A stretch of 25,451 nucleotides of DNA. It comes from Nitrospiraceae bacterium. Its GTDB lineage: Bacteria; Nitrospirota; Nitrospiria; Nitrospirales; Nitrospiraceae. The stretch is taken from the NCBI GenBank assembly GCA_035462675.1, contig DATHTZ010000792.1, positions 1 to 25,451 on the forward strand, given 5' to 3'. The notes below the pieces were generated by a model. The model was not told the DNA's origin. It did not search any database and saw only the letters and a program-made list of their open reading frames with translations. Of this stretch, positions 15,499 to 25,190 are shown piece by piece (within the stretch, counting starts at the first letter, position 1; each line of letters begins with the position of its first letter). The position numbers and the translations under genes were made by a program.

Positions 15499-16890
15499 AT
15501 GTTTCGCAAGACGCAACAGATTCATTTAGTCGGAATCGGGGGATCGGGAATGAGCGGCATCGCCGAGGTGCTGCTGACGCTGGGGTACAAAGTCACGGGC
15601 TCGGACCTGCAGGCTTCCGATACGACGAGAAGATTGGAAGAACTCGGCGGGCGTATCTTTGTCGGCCATCAGGAGTCGAATGTAGGGGAGGCTCAAGTGG
15701 TGGTCATCTCCTCCGCCGTGTCGGCACAGAACCCAGAGGTGGTGGTGGCCAAGGCAAAGCAGATTCCCGTGATTCCTCGGGCCGAGATGCTCGCGGAGCT
15801 GATGCGGCTGAAATTCGGGGTCGCCATTGCAGGCGCGCACGGAAAAACCACAACGACATCGATGGTGGCCAATGTGCTGGCCCAGGGCGGGTTGGATCCG
15901 ACGATGGTGATTGGGGGAAAAGTCAATGCGCTGGGGAGTCATGCCCGTCTTGGTCGAGGCGATCTCCTCGTGGCGGAAGCCGACGAGAGTGACGGGTCGT
16001 TTCTCCGTCTGTCTCCGACCATTGCCGCGGTCACGAATCTTGATCGAGAACATCTCGATCACTACGGCAGCATGGAGCGCATCAACGAGTGTTTTCTGGA
16101 GTTCATCAATAAGGTGCCGTTCTATGGGTTAGCCGTGTTGTGTGCCGACGATGATCGTCTCCGAGCGCTCTTCCCGAACATTGTGAAGCGCTATCAAACC
16201 TATGGGCTTAGTGAGCATGAGGGGGTTATGCCGGACTTTTTTGCGACAGAGATTAACCTCAATCAATGGGGCGCTGAGTTTCGGGCGCAGTTTCGTGGGC
16301 GCAATTTGGGCCCGTTCCGCCTTGCGGTACCAGGCCGGCATAATGTCTCCAACGCGCTAGTGGCGATTGCGGTCGGCATCGAATTGGATGTGCCGGTTGA
16401 TCTTATCAGGAAAGCGTTGGCGGCCTATGCCGGAGTTGAGCGCCGCTTTCATCTGCGGGGGGAAGCCAGTGGAATCATGGTCGTGGACGATTACGGGCAT
16501 CATCCGACTGAGATCAAAGCCACCCTGGCCGCAGCGAAGCAAGGGTGGGGAGGCCGACGATTGGTGGTACTGTTTCAGCCGCATCGCTATACCAGGACGC
16601 GAGACTTACTGGAGGATTTTGCGAAGGCGTTCGACCAATCAGATGTCTTGTTCCTGGCGGACATCTACGCGGCAGGAGAGCAGCCGATTCCCGGCGTGTC
16701 CGGAGCCAAGTTGGCCGACATTGTTCGTGTGGCCGGCCATCCGTCTGTGACTTTTGTAGAACAAAAAGATCAGTTGGTGGATCAGGTGCTGCCCCATCTG
16801 AAATCGGGAGATCTCGTCATTACATTAGGGGCAGGGGATATTTGGAAAACGGGGCTTGGGCTGTTGGCCCGATTGACCCCCGCAGGATGA
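15499..16890 (+). CDS. murC: UDP-N-acetylmuramate--L-alanine ligase
   Basis: IHLVGIGGSGMSGIAEVL, GSDL, IAGAHGKTTTTSM, AEADESDGSF, TNLDREHLDHY, RRF, DDYGHHPTEI, FQPHRYTRT, TLGAGDI. The start was moved from 15313 to ATG 15499. Confidence 0.97.
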   Translation: MFRKTQQIHLVGIGGSGMSGIAEVLLTLGYKVTGSDLQASDTTRRLEELGGRIFVGHQESNVGEAQVVVISSAVSAQNPEVVVAKAKQIPVIPRAEMLAELMRLKFGVAIAGAHGKTTTTSMVANVLAQGGLDPTMVIGGKVNALGSHARLGRGDLLVAEADESDGSFLRLSPTIAAVTNLDREHLDHYGSMERINECFLEFINKVPFYGLAVLCADDDRLRALFPNIVKRYQTYGLSEHEGVMPDFFATEINLNQWGAEFRAQFRGRNLGPFRLAVPGRHNVSNALVAIAVGIELDVPVDLIRKALAAYAGVERRFHLRGEASGIMVVDDYGHHPTEIKATLAAAKQGWGGRRLVVLFQPHRYTRTRDLLEDFAKAFDQSDVLFLADIYAAGEQPIPGVSGAKLADIVRVAGHPSVTFVEQKDQLVDQVLPHLKSGDLVITLGAGDIWKTGLGLLARLTPAG

Positions 16891-16894
16891 TGCG

Positions 16895-17845
16895 ATGAAG
16901 CGAGGTGGCCGACGTGTCACGACAGCCGAAAGAGTGCATGCCCAGTTCACGCAGGCAGATGTGCAGGCTGCGGTGGCGGGTCTCCGGGGCTCCGCGTCTT
17001 TCCGGACTCCGCTGCGAGAGTACACCTCGTTCAAAATCGGAGGGCCGGCGGATGTCGTGTTTGAGCCGGCTGACATTGAGGGTGTCTGTCTGGTGGTGCG
17101 GCAGGCCTGTGCGCGCAAGATTCCGCTGTTCGTCCTGGGTGGGACAAACCTGCTTATCCGAGATGGGGGAATCCGCGGTATCGTAGTTAGCTTGGCACGG
17201 CTGCGGGCCATCAAAGAAGAACCAGGATCCGTTCTCTATGCCGAAGGGGGAGTCGGGATGCCGACATTGATTGGGTACGCGATCCGTCACTCCCTTGCGG
17301 GATTGGAATGGGCGGCAGGAATTCCCGGGACTGTGGCCGGCTGTGTAGCGATGAACGCCGGTACGAAGCTAGGAGAAATGAAAGATTCGGTCAAGGCTGT
17401 TCGGATGGTGGATATGAAAGGCCAGGTTGTGGACCTGGAGGCAGCTCAGATGAGGTTCGAGTATCGACGGGCCTTGCTGCCACGCGGCATCGTCGTGGGA
17501 GTGTGGCTTCAATTGAAGCCAGGGGTCCGGTCGGAGATTGAGCGAGTGGTCAAGGACTATCTCCACTATCGACGGGACACACAACCGCTCGCGATGCCCA
17601 GCGCCGGTTGCGTGTTCAAGAATCCTCCGAATGATTCTGCCGGACGACTGATCGCGGAGGTTGGCCTCAAGGGTGCACGTGTCGGCGATGCGGAAGTCTC
17701 GATGAAGCATGCCAACTTCATTGTCAATCGGGGGCAGGCGAGCGCGGCGGACGTGACGGCGCTGATCGGGAAGGTCCGGAGCGCAATTCGCCGCCGTGTC
17801 GGTGTGCGGTTAGATCTTGAACTCAAGATCGTAGGAGAGACGTAG
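16895..17845 (+). CDS. murB: UDP-N-acetylenolpyruvoylglucosamine reductase
   Basis: TSFKIGGPAD, GLEWAAGIPGTVAG...MNAG, QPL..PSAGCVFKNP, AGRLI...GLKG, VSMKHANFIVN, LELKIVG. Confidence 0.95.
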   Translation: MKRGGRRVTTAERVHAQFTQADVQAAVAGLRGSASFRTPLREYTSFKIGGPADVVFEPADIEGVCLVVRQACARKIPLFVLGGTNLLIRDGGIRGIVVSLARLRAIKEEPGSVLYAEGGVGMPTLIGYAIRHSLAGLEWAAGIPGTVAGCVAMNAGTKLGEMKDSVKAVRMVDMKGQVVDLEAAQMRFEYRRALLPRGIVVGVWLQLKPGVRSEIERVVKDYLHYRRDTQPLAMPSAGCVFKNPPNDSAGRLIAEVGLKGARVGDAEVSMKHANFIVNRGQASAADVTALIGKVRSAIRRRVGVRLDLELKIVGET

Positions 17846-17849
17846 CGGT

Positions 17850-18860
17850 ATGAGTGAGCCTTGTCTGACAGAGCGACCCCTTCTGACCCACGCCCGCATT
17901 GCGGTGCTGATGGGCGGGCAATCGGCTGAGCGCGATGTGTCGCTCCGGACGGGCGCCGCGGTACATCGGTCGCTGGTCCGTCGTGGCTACGACGCTGTAG
18001 CCATCGATGTCGGACCAACGCTCTCTCAGGATTTGCGCGATCAGAAGATTGCCCTTGCATTTCTGGCTTTGCATGGACCGGGTGGGGAAGATGGAGCGAT
18101 CCAAGGGTTCTTAGAAACTTTAGGAATTCCCTATACCGGATCCGGTGTCCAGGCCAGTGCGATCGGCATGCATAAAGTGACGACGAAAATGCTCTTGGCC
18201 TCAGCGCGTATTCCTGTGCCGGCAGGCACAGTCGTGAAGCGCGGAGAGAAGGTCTCCAGCGCTACCCTGATGCGGGCGGAAAAATTGCGCTGGCCCCTTG
18301 TGGTCAAGCCTGCATCGCAAGGGTCCACGATCGGCGTCACCATTGTGCGGAAGCCGGCGCAGTGGCGTGATGCCGTGGCTTTGGCCCATCGCTATGACAC
18401 AGATGCGATGGTCGAGGCCTACATCCCGGGGCATGAGGTGACGGTGTCGATCATCGGAGGACACAATGTTTCTCCATTGGCGCTTCCTGCCGTGGAGATT
18501 GTGGCGCCGGGAGGCTTCTACGATTTTGCAGCGAAGTATGAAAAGGGGAAAACTCAGTATCTCTGTCCTGCACCCTTGACCGCGGCGGTGACCAGGCAGA
18601 TTCGGATCTTGGGGCTTCGCACTTACGAGGTGTTGGGCTGTGAAGGGGCTGCCCGGATCGATTTCCGTATCACTCCACGTGGCCGTCCTGTCGTGTTGGA
18701 GATTAATACAGCGCCGGGCATGACCGAAACGAGTTTGCTACCGATGGCGGCGGCCAGGGCCGAGATCGATTATGACGAGTTGACCGAACGGATTCTTGAG
18801 TCCGCACTCGTTCGAGCGGCCCGCCTCGACCGATCATCAGGGGAAGGGTGCATGCCATGA
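17850..18860 (+). CDS. ddl: D-alanine--D-alanine ligase
   Basis: GGQSAERDVSL, ALHGPGGEDG, IPYTGSG, KPASQGST, FYDFAAKY, RIDFR, LEINTAPGMT. Confidence 0.96.
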   Translation: MSEPCLTERPLLTHARIAVLMGGQSAERDVSLRTGAAVHRSLVRRGYDAVAIDVGPTLSQDLRDQKIALAFLALHGPGGEDGAIQGFLETLGIPYTGSGVQASAIGMHKVTTKMLLASARIPVPAGTVVKRGEKVSSATLMRAEKLRWPLVVKPASQGSTIGVTIVRKPAQWRDAVALAHRYDTDAMVEAYIPGHEVTVSIIGGHNVSPLALPAVEIVAPGGFYDFAAKYEKGKTQYLCPAPLTAAVTRQIRILGLRTYEVLGCEGAARIDFRITPRGRPVVLEINTAPGMTETSLLPMAAARAEIDYDELTERILESALVRAARLDRSSGEGCMP

Positions 18861-19726
18861 AGGTGCTAATACGTAAGCGAGCGGCACCTCCAATCGGCCC
18901 ACGGTTGAACCAATGGAAGGGCGTGCGTGCCAGTCAGATCTCGGATCAGCGTCAACAGGAGCGTCGGGAGAGACTTCGTTCTCGGGGCTGGCGTGCACTA
19001 CGTGTAGGGCAATGGATTGTCGGTCTTGCGGCGTTTGTTTGGGGGCTGGCTCTCGTGACGCGAGAGATGGGGCCGATTCTTGAGGGCTGGCTGGAAATTC
19101 GTGATGTAGAGGTTGAAGGTATTCACCAAGTGACGAAACCGGAAGTATTGGAACGGCTCGTCTTGAAGCCCGGTATGGGACTTCATCAAGTCAGCACAGC
19201 GTTTCTTGCTGAGCGAGTGCGGGCGCATGCCTGGATCAAGGAGGCGACGGTCGAACGCAGGCCGCCGCATCTGCTGCATGTCACCGTATTGGAGCGTACC
19301 CCGGCCGCCATTATTCGGACGGGCGCGGATCATTGGTTGAGCGATGAGAGCGGATATCTCCTTGCCAAGTTGGGCAGGCGGGATGATCAGGCACTACCCT
19401 TGTTGATCGGATTGGAGTCTCAGTCCCTTCAGCACGGCGAGGCACGTGTGCGTAATGCGGTTCAGTCCGGGGTCGTGTTGGCCAAGCTCATGGCCAGTAC
19501 CCTCGACGGGCGGGTTGAAGTCGATCTCACGAATTTTTCGAATGTGGTGGCGTCAGTCAATGGGGTGCGATTCCAGTTTGGCGACGATTCTCTCGTTGAC
19601 CAGTGGGAGCGGTTCCGGAAAGTGAATCCGTCATTCAAAACTGCCCCATTCGATGATCGGAAGCGTACAGTGAGCGAAATCGATTTGCGCTATGACAACC
19701 GTGTCATTGTGCGAGAAGGGGTGTGA
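18857..19726 (+). CDS. ftsQ: Cell division protein FtsQ/DivIB
   Basis: Basic cytoplasmic N-terminus, one TM helix, POTRA-like segment (VEVEGI..V...EV; WIKEATVERRPP..L.VTV.ER.P.A) and C-terminal IDLRY. Lies between ddl and ftsA; ATGA overlap at 18857. Confidence 0.88.
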   Translation: MKVLIRKRAAPPIGPRLNQWKGVRASQISDQRQQERRERLRSRGWRALRVGQWIVGLAAFVWGLALVTREMGPILEGWLEIRDVEVEGIHQVTKPEVLERLVLKPGMGLHQVSTAFLAERVRAHAWIKEATVERRPPHLLHVTVLERTPAAIIRTGADHWLSDESGYLLAKLGRRDDQALPLLIGLESQSLQHGEARVRNAVQSGVVLAKLMASTLDGRVEVDLTNFSNVVASVNGVRFQFGDDSLVDQWERFRKVNPSFKTAPFDDRKRTVSEIDLRYDNRVIVREGV

Positions 19727-19731
19727 GGGCT

Positions 19732-20967
19732 GTGCCGAAGCGTGATCAGATTCTTGTTGGGTTGGACATCGGGACCACGAAGATCTGCGCCATCGTTTCA
19801 GAAGTCACCGATGAGGGAGCGCTCAACATCATCGGGGTCGGATCCAGCTCGTCACGAGGGCTCCGAAAAGGCGTCGTGGTCGATATCGAGAGTACGGTGG
19901 AATCGATCAAGAAGGCGGTCGAGGAAGCCGAGCTCATGGCGGCAGTCCAGATCAATTCCGTCTATACAGGAATCGCCGGGAGTCACATCTCCGCAGAGAA
20001 CTGCAAGGGGGTTGTGGCGCTCAAAAAGGCAGAAGTCACACGGGAAGACATTCAGCGTGCGATCGAAAGTGCACGGACTCTGGCAGTCGTTCCCCATGAA
20101 CGACGGATTCTTCATGTGCTGCCTCGTGAATTCATGGTGGACGGGCAAGAGGGGGTTCGGGAGCCGTTGGGTCTGTCGGGAAACCGTCTCGAAGTCAATG
20201 TCCATGTGATTACCGGCGCCGTGACTTCCGCGCAGAACATCATCAAGTGTGTGAATCGCGCGGGGCTCGACGTGGTGGATATGGTGCTGCAGCCCTTGGC
20301 TTCCAGTGAGGCCGTTCTCAGCCAGGAGGAGCGCGATCTAGGGGTCGTCATGGTCGATCTCGGTGGTGGGACGACCGACCTCGCGATCTTCCTCGACGGG
20401 AGCATCAGGCACTCCGCGGTCTTGCCGATCGGCGGGCAGAATCTCACGAAGGATCTTGCTATCGGGTTGCTGACCTCTCAGACCGAAGCCGAGAAGATCA
20501 AGCTGCAGCACGGGATCGCTAGAACAGGGTTGGTGGAGGGCCATGAAACCGTGGAGGTCCCGTCGGTCGGAGACCGTCCTGCACGGACGTTCTCGCGCCG
20601 TGATCTCGCCGAGATTCTTGAGCCGCGGGTCGAGGAAATATTTGAGTTGGTTCGTCGGGAAATCGCGCGTGCCGGCTACGAGGGCATGGTGGGGGCAGGG
20701 GTCGTGATTACAGGTGGAACGTCGTTGTTGGTAGGGATGCCTGATGCGGCGGAGCAGGTATTGAATCTTCCGGCTCGCCGTGGCGCGCCCGGTGGGATCG
20801 GAGGGCTTCGCGACATCGTCAGTAATCCCATGCATGCCACGGGGGTCGGTCTGCTGCTCCATGCCCGGCGCCATCTTGAGGAGATGGCCACCGCTGGTCT
20901 GCGCAGTGGACGGCCGCTGCATAAGGTATTCGATCGGATGAAGTCCTGGATGTTCGAGTTCTTTTAA
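19732..20967 (+). CDS. ftsA: Cell division protein FtsA
   Basis: [57 protein letters not shown]. The start is GTG 19732 or GTG 19723. Confidence 0.97.
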   Translation: MPKRDQILVGLDIGTTKICAIVSEVTDEGALNIIGVGSSSSRGLRKGVVVDIESTVESIKKAVEEAELMAAVQINSVYTGIAGSHISAENCKGVVALKKAEVTREDIQRAIESARTLAVVPHERRILHVLPREFMVDGQEGVREPLGLSGNRLEVNVHVITGAVTSAQNIIKCVNRAGLDVVDMVLQPLASSEAVLSQEERDLGVVMVDLGGGTTDLAIFLDGSIRHSAVLPIGGQNLTKDLAIGLLTSQTEAEKIKLQHGIARTGLVEGHETVEVPSVGDRPARTFSRRDLAEILEPRVEEIFELVRREIARAGYEGMVGAGVVITGGTSLLVGMPDAAEQVLNLPARRGAPGGIGGLRDIVSNPMHATGVGLLLHARRHLEEMATAGLRSGRPLHKVFDRMKSWMFEFF

Positions 20968-21023
20968 CCGGTGCGCGCGGCGAATGGACGTCGCGTGGAT
21001 TCAATAATAAGGGAGGTGTCCTG

Positions 21024-22220
21024 ATGTTTTCATTTGAAGAGGATGTCGTGTCCCCCGTTCGGATTAAAGTGATCGGTGTCGGTGGCGCCGGGTGCAACGC
21101 TCTGAATACCATGATCATGTCCGGATTGGCGCGGGTCGATTTCATCGCGGCGAATACCGATCTGCAGGCGTTGGATCGATCGCGGGCGTCGTATAAGGTT
21201 CAACTGGGCCCTGAGCGGACCAGGGGGCTCGGCGCTGGGGCGAAGCCGGAAGTCGGAAAAGACTCGGCATTAGAAAGCAAGGATCAAATTCGGGAGTGTC
21301 TTGAGGGCGCCGACATGGTGTTTGTGACCGCAGGGATGGGCGGCGGCACCGGGACGGGCGCGGCGCCGATCGTGGCGAGCATCGCGCGCGAGCTCGGGAT
21401 CTTGACGGTCGGGGTCGTGACGAAGCCGTTTTCATACGAAGGTCATCGCCGGATGGTTTATGCGGATGAAGGGATTCGCGATCTCCGTCGCCATGTGGAT
21501 ACGTTGCTCGTGATTCCGAATCAGCGATTGCTCGGCATTGTCGACAAAGCGACGCCGCTGCTCGAAGCCTTTAAGGTCGCTGATGACGTGCTCCGACAGG
21601 CGATTCAAGGGATTGCGGATGTGATCACCACCACCGGCCATGTGAACGTGGATTTCGCCGATGTCCGCACCGTGATGTCGCATACGGGTCGCGCCGTGAT
21701 GGGGATGGGCGTGGCACGCGGAACGAATCGGGCGATCGAAGCCGCACAAAAGGCGATTTGCAGTCCGTTGTTGGAGGAAGGTAGTGTCGAGGGCGCGCGC
21801 GGGGTGTTGTTGAATATCACCGGCGGGCCCAACATGACGCTGCATGAGATCGAGGAAGCGGCCACGATTGTCCAGCAGACAGCCGATCCTGAAGCCAATA
21901 TCATTGTCGGACAGGTGATTAATCCCGATATGGGTGACGATTTGGTCGTGACGGTGATTGCCACCGGGTTTGAGCGGGAGGATCAGCCTACTCCGATTCC
22001 CGTGGCTGCGGGTCGGGCTTCCCGCGCCGGGCAACCGGCGATGGCTAGTGCCGGCCAGACGATGGGAGAGCGATCATATGCGGAGCGGCCCTTCAAAGAT
22101 CTCGACCGGCCGACCTACTTGCGGCGAATGGGAGATGGAAGAGTATCGATGGAGCGAACTGCGGCGGTCACTGATGATGAGTGGGATGTGCCCACATTCC
22201 TGCGGAAGCAGGTCGACTAA
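21024..22220 (+). CDS. ftsZ: Cell division protein FtsZ
   Basis: [22 protein letters not shown], tubulin signature [20 protein letters not shown]-terminal conserved peptide [16 protein letters not shown] Shine-Dalgarno. Confidence 0.99.
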   Translation: MFSFEEDVVSPVRIKVIGVGGAGCNALNTMIMSGLARVDFIAANTDLQALDRSRASYKVQLGPERTRGLGAGAKPEVGKDSALESKDQIRECLEGADMVFVTAGMGGGTGTGAAPIVASIARELGILTVGVVTKPFSYEGHRRMVYADEGIRDLRRHVDTLLVIPNQRLLGIVDKATPLLEAFKVADDVLRQAIQGIADVITTTGHVNVDFADVRTVMSHTGRAVMGMGVARGTNRAIEAAQKAICSPLLEEGSVEGARGVLLNITGGPNMTLHEIEEAATIVQQTADPEANIIVGQVINPDMGDDLVVTVIATGFEREDQPTPIPVAAGRASRAGQPAMASAGQTMGERSYAERPFKDLDRPTYLRRMGDGRVSMERTAAVTDDEWDVPTFLRKQVD

Positions 22221-22258
22221 GGCGGTAGGTCTGTAGGGGTGAGTCGTCACAGCGGAGT

Positions 22259-22999
22259 ATGGCTATGAATGCAGCGGTTATTACGGTTCCTGCCTTCGCG
22301 TCCGCGCGCGACGGTGTCACACATTTCTTCGGCACGCGCCGTCATGCAGAGTCACTGGCATTCGATGTGGGAGTGCCTGCCCGTCAGCCTGGAGCGCAGG
22401 GACGTGGTTGGCTGCTGTCCGTCAAGCAGGTGCATGGGACCGATGCCTTGGTGCTGGATCGTCCACTCACCGAGTCGGATCAGTTTCCCGGTGGGTGGGA
22501 TGCGCTTGTGACTGATCAACCGGGCGTAACGGTGGCGGTGCGCACGGCAGATTGTGTTCCCGTGCTCGTGCATGACCCACGTCGGCGTGTTGTCGCGGCG
22601 ATTCATGCCGGTTGGCGGGGCGCAGTGGCCGGGATTGTTCCGAGGACACTCACGTTGATGGCGGACAGGTTTGGATCGACGAGGTCTAATCTGCGGGTCA
22701 GTATTGGACCCTCGGCCGGTCCCTGTTGCTATGAAGTAGATGATCCGGTGCTCGACCGACTTCGAATGGGATGGTCTGAGTGGGAGTCGGTTGTGCATGA
22801 CTATCGAGGGCACAAGGCTTGGCTGGATCTCAAGGCCTTGATTCGCCGGCAAGTGGAAGGAGAGGGTGTCTCCGCACCCTCTGTTTCTGCGGTGAATGTA
22901 TGTACGATCTGCCATGATCAGCTCTTTTATTCCTACCGACGAGAAGGCCGAGTAAACGGGACGATGGTTAGCGGGATCACCCTGCTATCTCACCGATAG
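22259..22999 (+). CDS. pgeF: Peptidoglycan editing factor PgeF / purine nucleoside phosphorylase (YfiH/YlmD, laccase-domain family)
   Basis: KQVHG, DALVT, TADCVPVL, IHAGWRG, IGPSAGPCCYEV, FYSYRREG; usual position after ftsZ. Confidence 0.93.
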   Translation: MAMNAAVITVPAFASARDGVTHFFGTRRHAESLAFDVGVPARQPGAQGRGWLLSVKQVHGTDALVLDRPLTESDQFPGGWDALVTDQPGVTVAVRTADCVPVLVHDPRRRVVAAIHAGWRGAVAGIVPRTLTLMADRFGSTRSNLRVSIGPSAGPCCYEVDDPVLDRLRMGWSEWESVVHDYRGHKAWLDLKALIRRQVEGEGVSAPSVSAVNVCTICHDQLFYSYRREGRVNGTMVSGITLLSHR

Positions 23000-23013
23000 G
23001 AGTCGATCAGGGT

Positions 23014-23446
23014 GTGTGCGCTGACATTTACGCAGGGGTTTCTGTACAATAGTCCAGAGCTTCCGATAGACGGCATGTCCCAACATCGAATGCAGCGGGG
23101 ACAACCGATCTAGTGGTGTTGCAGAAAGCGAATCTCAAAGGGGAGGCGACGAAAACAGGCAGACGTCCTAGCATGCTTGAGGGCCTGTTGCGTTGGTTGG
23201 GAGCGTCGACCCACCTGGAGGCGAAGGGGCACATGACGATTCCACCTCCAACGAACAATTCGGATCGGGCCTGCCCCTACTTCCGGCCCCTGCGTGAGTT
23301 GGCTCTGAGTCTCCCACGTCAATTGATTGGTCTATCTCCTTGAGGAACGCTCGATGGGTCTGTTGAACGAGTATCATGGTGCAGTGGAAGAAGGGGCCAC
23401 GATGGTCGGGGTCGGCATGACTATTTTGGGAGCGCGGAGTGTCTAA
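23014..23446 (+). pseudogene. yggS: Degenerate yggS (PLP homeostasis protein, PLPBP/YlmE family)
   Basis: Frame 1 gives NLKGEATKTG...LEAKGHMTIPP...DRACPYFRPLREL. After a frameshift near 23335-23343, frame 2 gives EERSMGLLNEYHGAVEEGATMVGVGMTILGARSV* (stop 23444-23446, overlapping the proC start). There is an in-frame TAG at 23050-23052, and only ~145 codons of space remain for a ~230-aa family. The 5' boundary is uncertain. Confidence 0.88.
23021..23050 (+). promoter_or_regulatory. Candidate internal sigma70 promoter upstream of proC-yggT-divIVA
   Basis: CTGACA 23021-23026, 18-nt spacer, TACAAT 23045-23050; each hexamer matches consensus at 5/6. Confidence 0.45.
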
Positions 23447-24257
23447 GCCAACGATCACGAGCAAGATCGCGTTCATCGGAGGTGGCCAGATGGCCGAGGC
23501 CATGATCGGTGGCCTTCTCTCAGGGCAGGTGTGTCCTGCTGAGTCGATATGGGCGACGGATCCAGTTCACGAGCGCCGTGATCGCCTAAAAGGTCAGTTC
23601 GGCATTCATGTTGGTCCTGCCAACCGTGAAGCGGTCGCCTGGGCTGATGTGGTCGTCTTGGCGGTGAAGCCTCAGACGCTTCCTGTTGTGCTCAGTGAGC
23701 TTGGCTCGACTCTGGCCCATGCCCTTGTGATTTCTATTGCCGCGGGGGTGACAATTCGGGCAATCGCGGAACAGATTACCGGGGTCATACGGGTGGTTCG
23801 TGCGATGCCGAATGTTCCGGCGTTGGTCCGGGAGGGTATGACCGCTCTAGCCTTGGGCAGCGCGGTGTCTGAAGATGACAGTCGCCTGGCTCGAACGGTG
23901 TTTGACGTCGTCGGTCGAGTGGTGCTGGTTGAGGAACGATTGATGGATGCAGTAACCGGGCTGAGCGGCAGTGGACCAGCCTATATATTTCAGGCTATTG
24001 AAGCACTAGCGGATGGGGGGGTGATGATGGGCTTGCCACGGCAGACTGCCGAACTCCTTGCCGCCCAGACGGTGCTCGGGGCGGCTCGCTTGGTGTTGGA
24101 ATCAGGAGTGCATCCCGCTCAATTGAAAGATCGGGTGGCGTCTCCCGGAGGTACGACAATCGCCGGGCTTCATCAACTCGAACAGGGGGGATTCCGTGCT
24201 ACGCTCATGGCAGCGGTCGAAGCGGCCACCATACGATCGAAGGAGTTGGGGCGCTGA
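23439..24257 (+). CDS. proC: Pyrroline-5-carboxylate reductase
   Basis: IAFIGGGQMAEAM, VLAVKPQ, ISIAAGV, VRAMPN.PA, TGLSGSGPAY, LKDRVASPGGTTIAGL..LE. Confidence 0.96.
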   Translation: MSKPTITSKIAFIGGGQMAEAMIGGLLSGQVCPAESIWATDPVHERRDRLKGQFGIHVGPANREAVAWADVVVLAVKPQTLPVVLSELGSTLAHALVISIAAGVTIRAIAEQITGVIRVVRAMPNVPALVREGMTALALGSAVSEDDSRLARTVFDVVGRVVLVEERLMDAVTGLSGSGPAYIFQAIEALADGGVMMGLPRQTAELLAAQTVLGAARLVLESGVHPAQLKDRVASPGGTTIAGLHQLEQGGFRATLMAAVEAATIRSKELGR

Positions 24258-24553
24258 TGTTTGTCGCAGGCAATGCGCTTTCGGCGGTGGCGACCATCCT
24301 TGACTATGTGTTATGGCTCTATATGTGGGTGATCATCGCTCGTGCCCTGATCTCATGGGTCAACCCGGATCCATGGAACCCGATCGTCCAATTTCTCAAT
24401 CGTGCGACTGAGCCAGTTCTAGCTCCAATTCGACGGATAGTCGGGGTACGGATAGGGATGGATGTATCTCCCATTGTCGCGATCCTGATCATTACCTTTC
24501 TGCAAATCGCAGTTGTGCAATCACTCAAGGAATTAGCCATGAGGATGAACTGA
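24257..24553 (+). CDS. yggT: YggT family membrane protein
   Basis: IIARALISWVNPDPWNPIVQFL..ATEPVL.PIRR and MDVSPIVAIL motifs; TGATG overlap with proC. Confidence 0.92.
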   Translation: MFVAGNALSAVATILDYVLWLYMWVIIARALISWVNPDPWNPIVQFLNRATEPVLAPIRRIVGVRIGMDVSPIVAILIITFLQIAVVQSLKELAMRMN

Positions 24554-24572
24554 GATGGCCATGGGGGATGCC

Positions 24573-25085
24573 ATGAGAATTACACCGCTTGATATCCAAC
24601 AAATGGTGTTCAAGGTCAGCTTTCGCGGATATGACAAGGAAGAGGTGAATCGCTTCCTCGAAGAAATAGCGCAGACGGTCGAATTGTTGAATCGAGACGA
24701 TGCGGTCCAGCGAGAAAAGATTATATTTCTGGAACAGCAGCTTGCCGAGTTGAAACGGACGGAAGCGACATTGTCGAGTACTCTTCTGTCTGCTCAATCG
24801 CTGGCGGAGGATGTGAAGCAGAATGCTCAACGGGAGGCGGACCTTGTTATCAAAGAGGCTGAACTAAAGGCCGGCGAGTTGATCCATCGGGCAAGGGTCG
24901 AGCTGACCGATACGCAGCGCGATCTTTCCTCGCTCCAGAAACAGCGGCTGCTTATGGTTGAACGGTTGCGTGCGTCGTTGCGGATGTTCGAACGAATGCT
25001 GGAAGTGGAAGAACAGGAAGCGTTCCATGATGCCGCAACCGCATCGGAAGAGAAGCTCGAAGGAGAATCGAGCCCGACATTGTAA
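24573..25085 (+). CDS. divIVA: DivIVA domain-containing protein
   Basis: ITPLDI....F....RGYDKEEV..FLEEIA lipid-binding N-domain, coiled coil, TLLSAQ..AEDVK.NA.READL.I.EAE. ATG 24573 preferred over 24555. Confidence 0.9.
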   Translation: MRITPLDIQQMVFKVSFRGYDKEEVNRFLEEIAQTVELLNRDDAVQREKIIFLEQQLAELKRTEATLSSTLLSAQSLAEDVKQNAQREADLVIKEAELKAGELIHRARVELTDTQRDLSSLQKQRLLMVERLRASLRMFERMLEVEEQEAFHDAATASEEKLEGESSPTL

Positions 25086-25190
25086 CTCGTCAAATGTGGC
25101 TGCTGTTCGGGACTGAGGCGTTCTGAGGATTGCTGTGCGCGGCTCATCCACTGCAGTATCTTTCGCCCACCAGTGACAGATATCTCGCCT

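Noticed and set aside
22259-22400. PgeF N-terminus lacks the usual GGVS...SLNLG segment, suggesting a pseudogene
   Set aside because: The ORF is uninterrupted and of normal length, and the His-Cys-His site motifs (QVHG, ADC, HAGW) are intact.
25086-25190. Possible terminator or DUF167/yggU remnant after divIVA
   Set aside because: No stem followed by a U-tract and no recognisable coding similarity in this ~105-nt gap.
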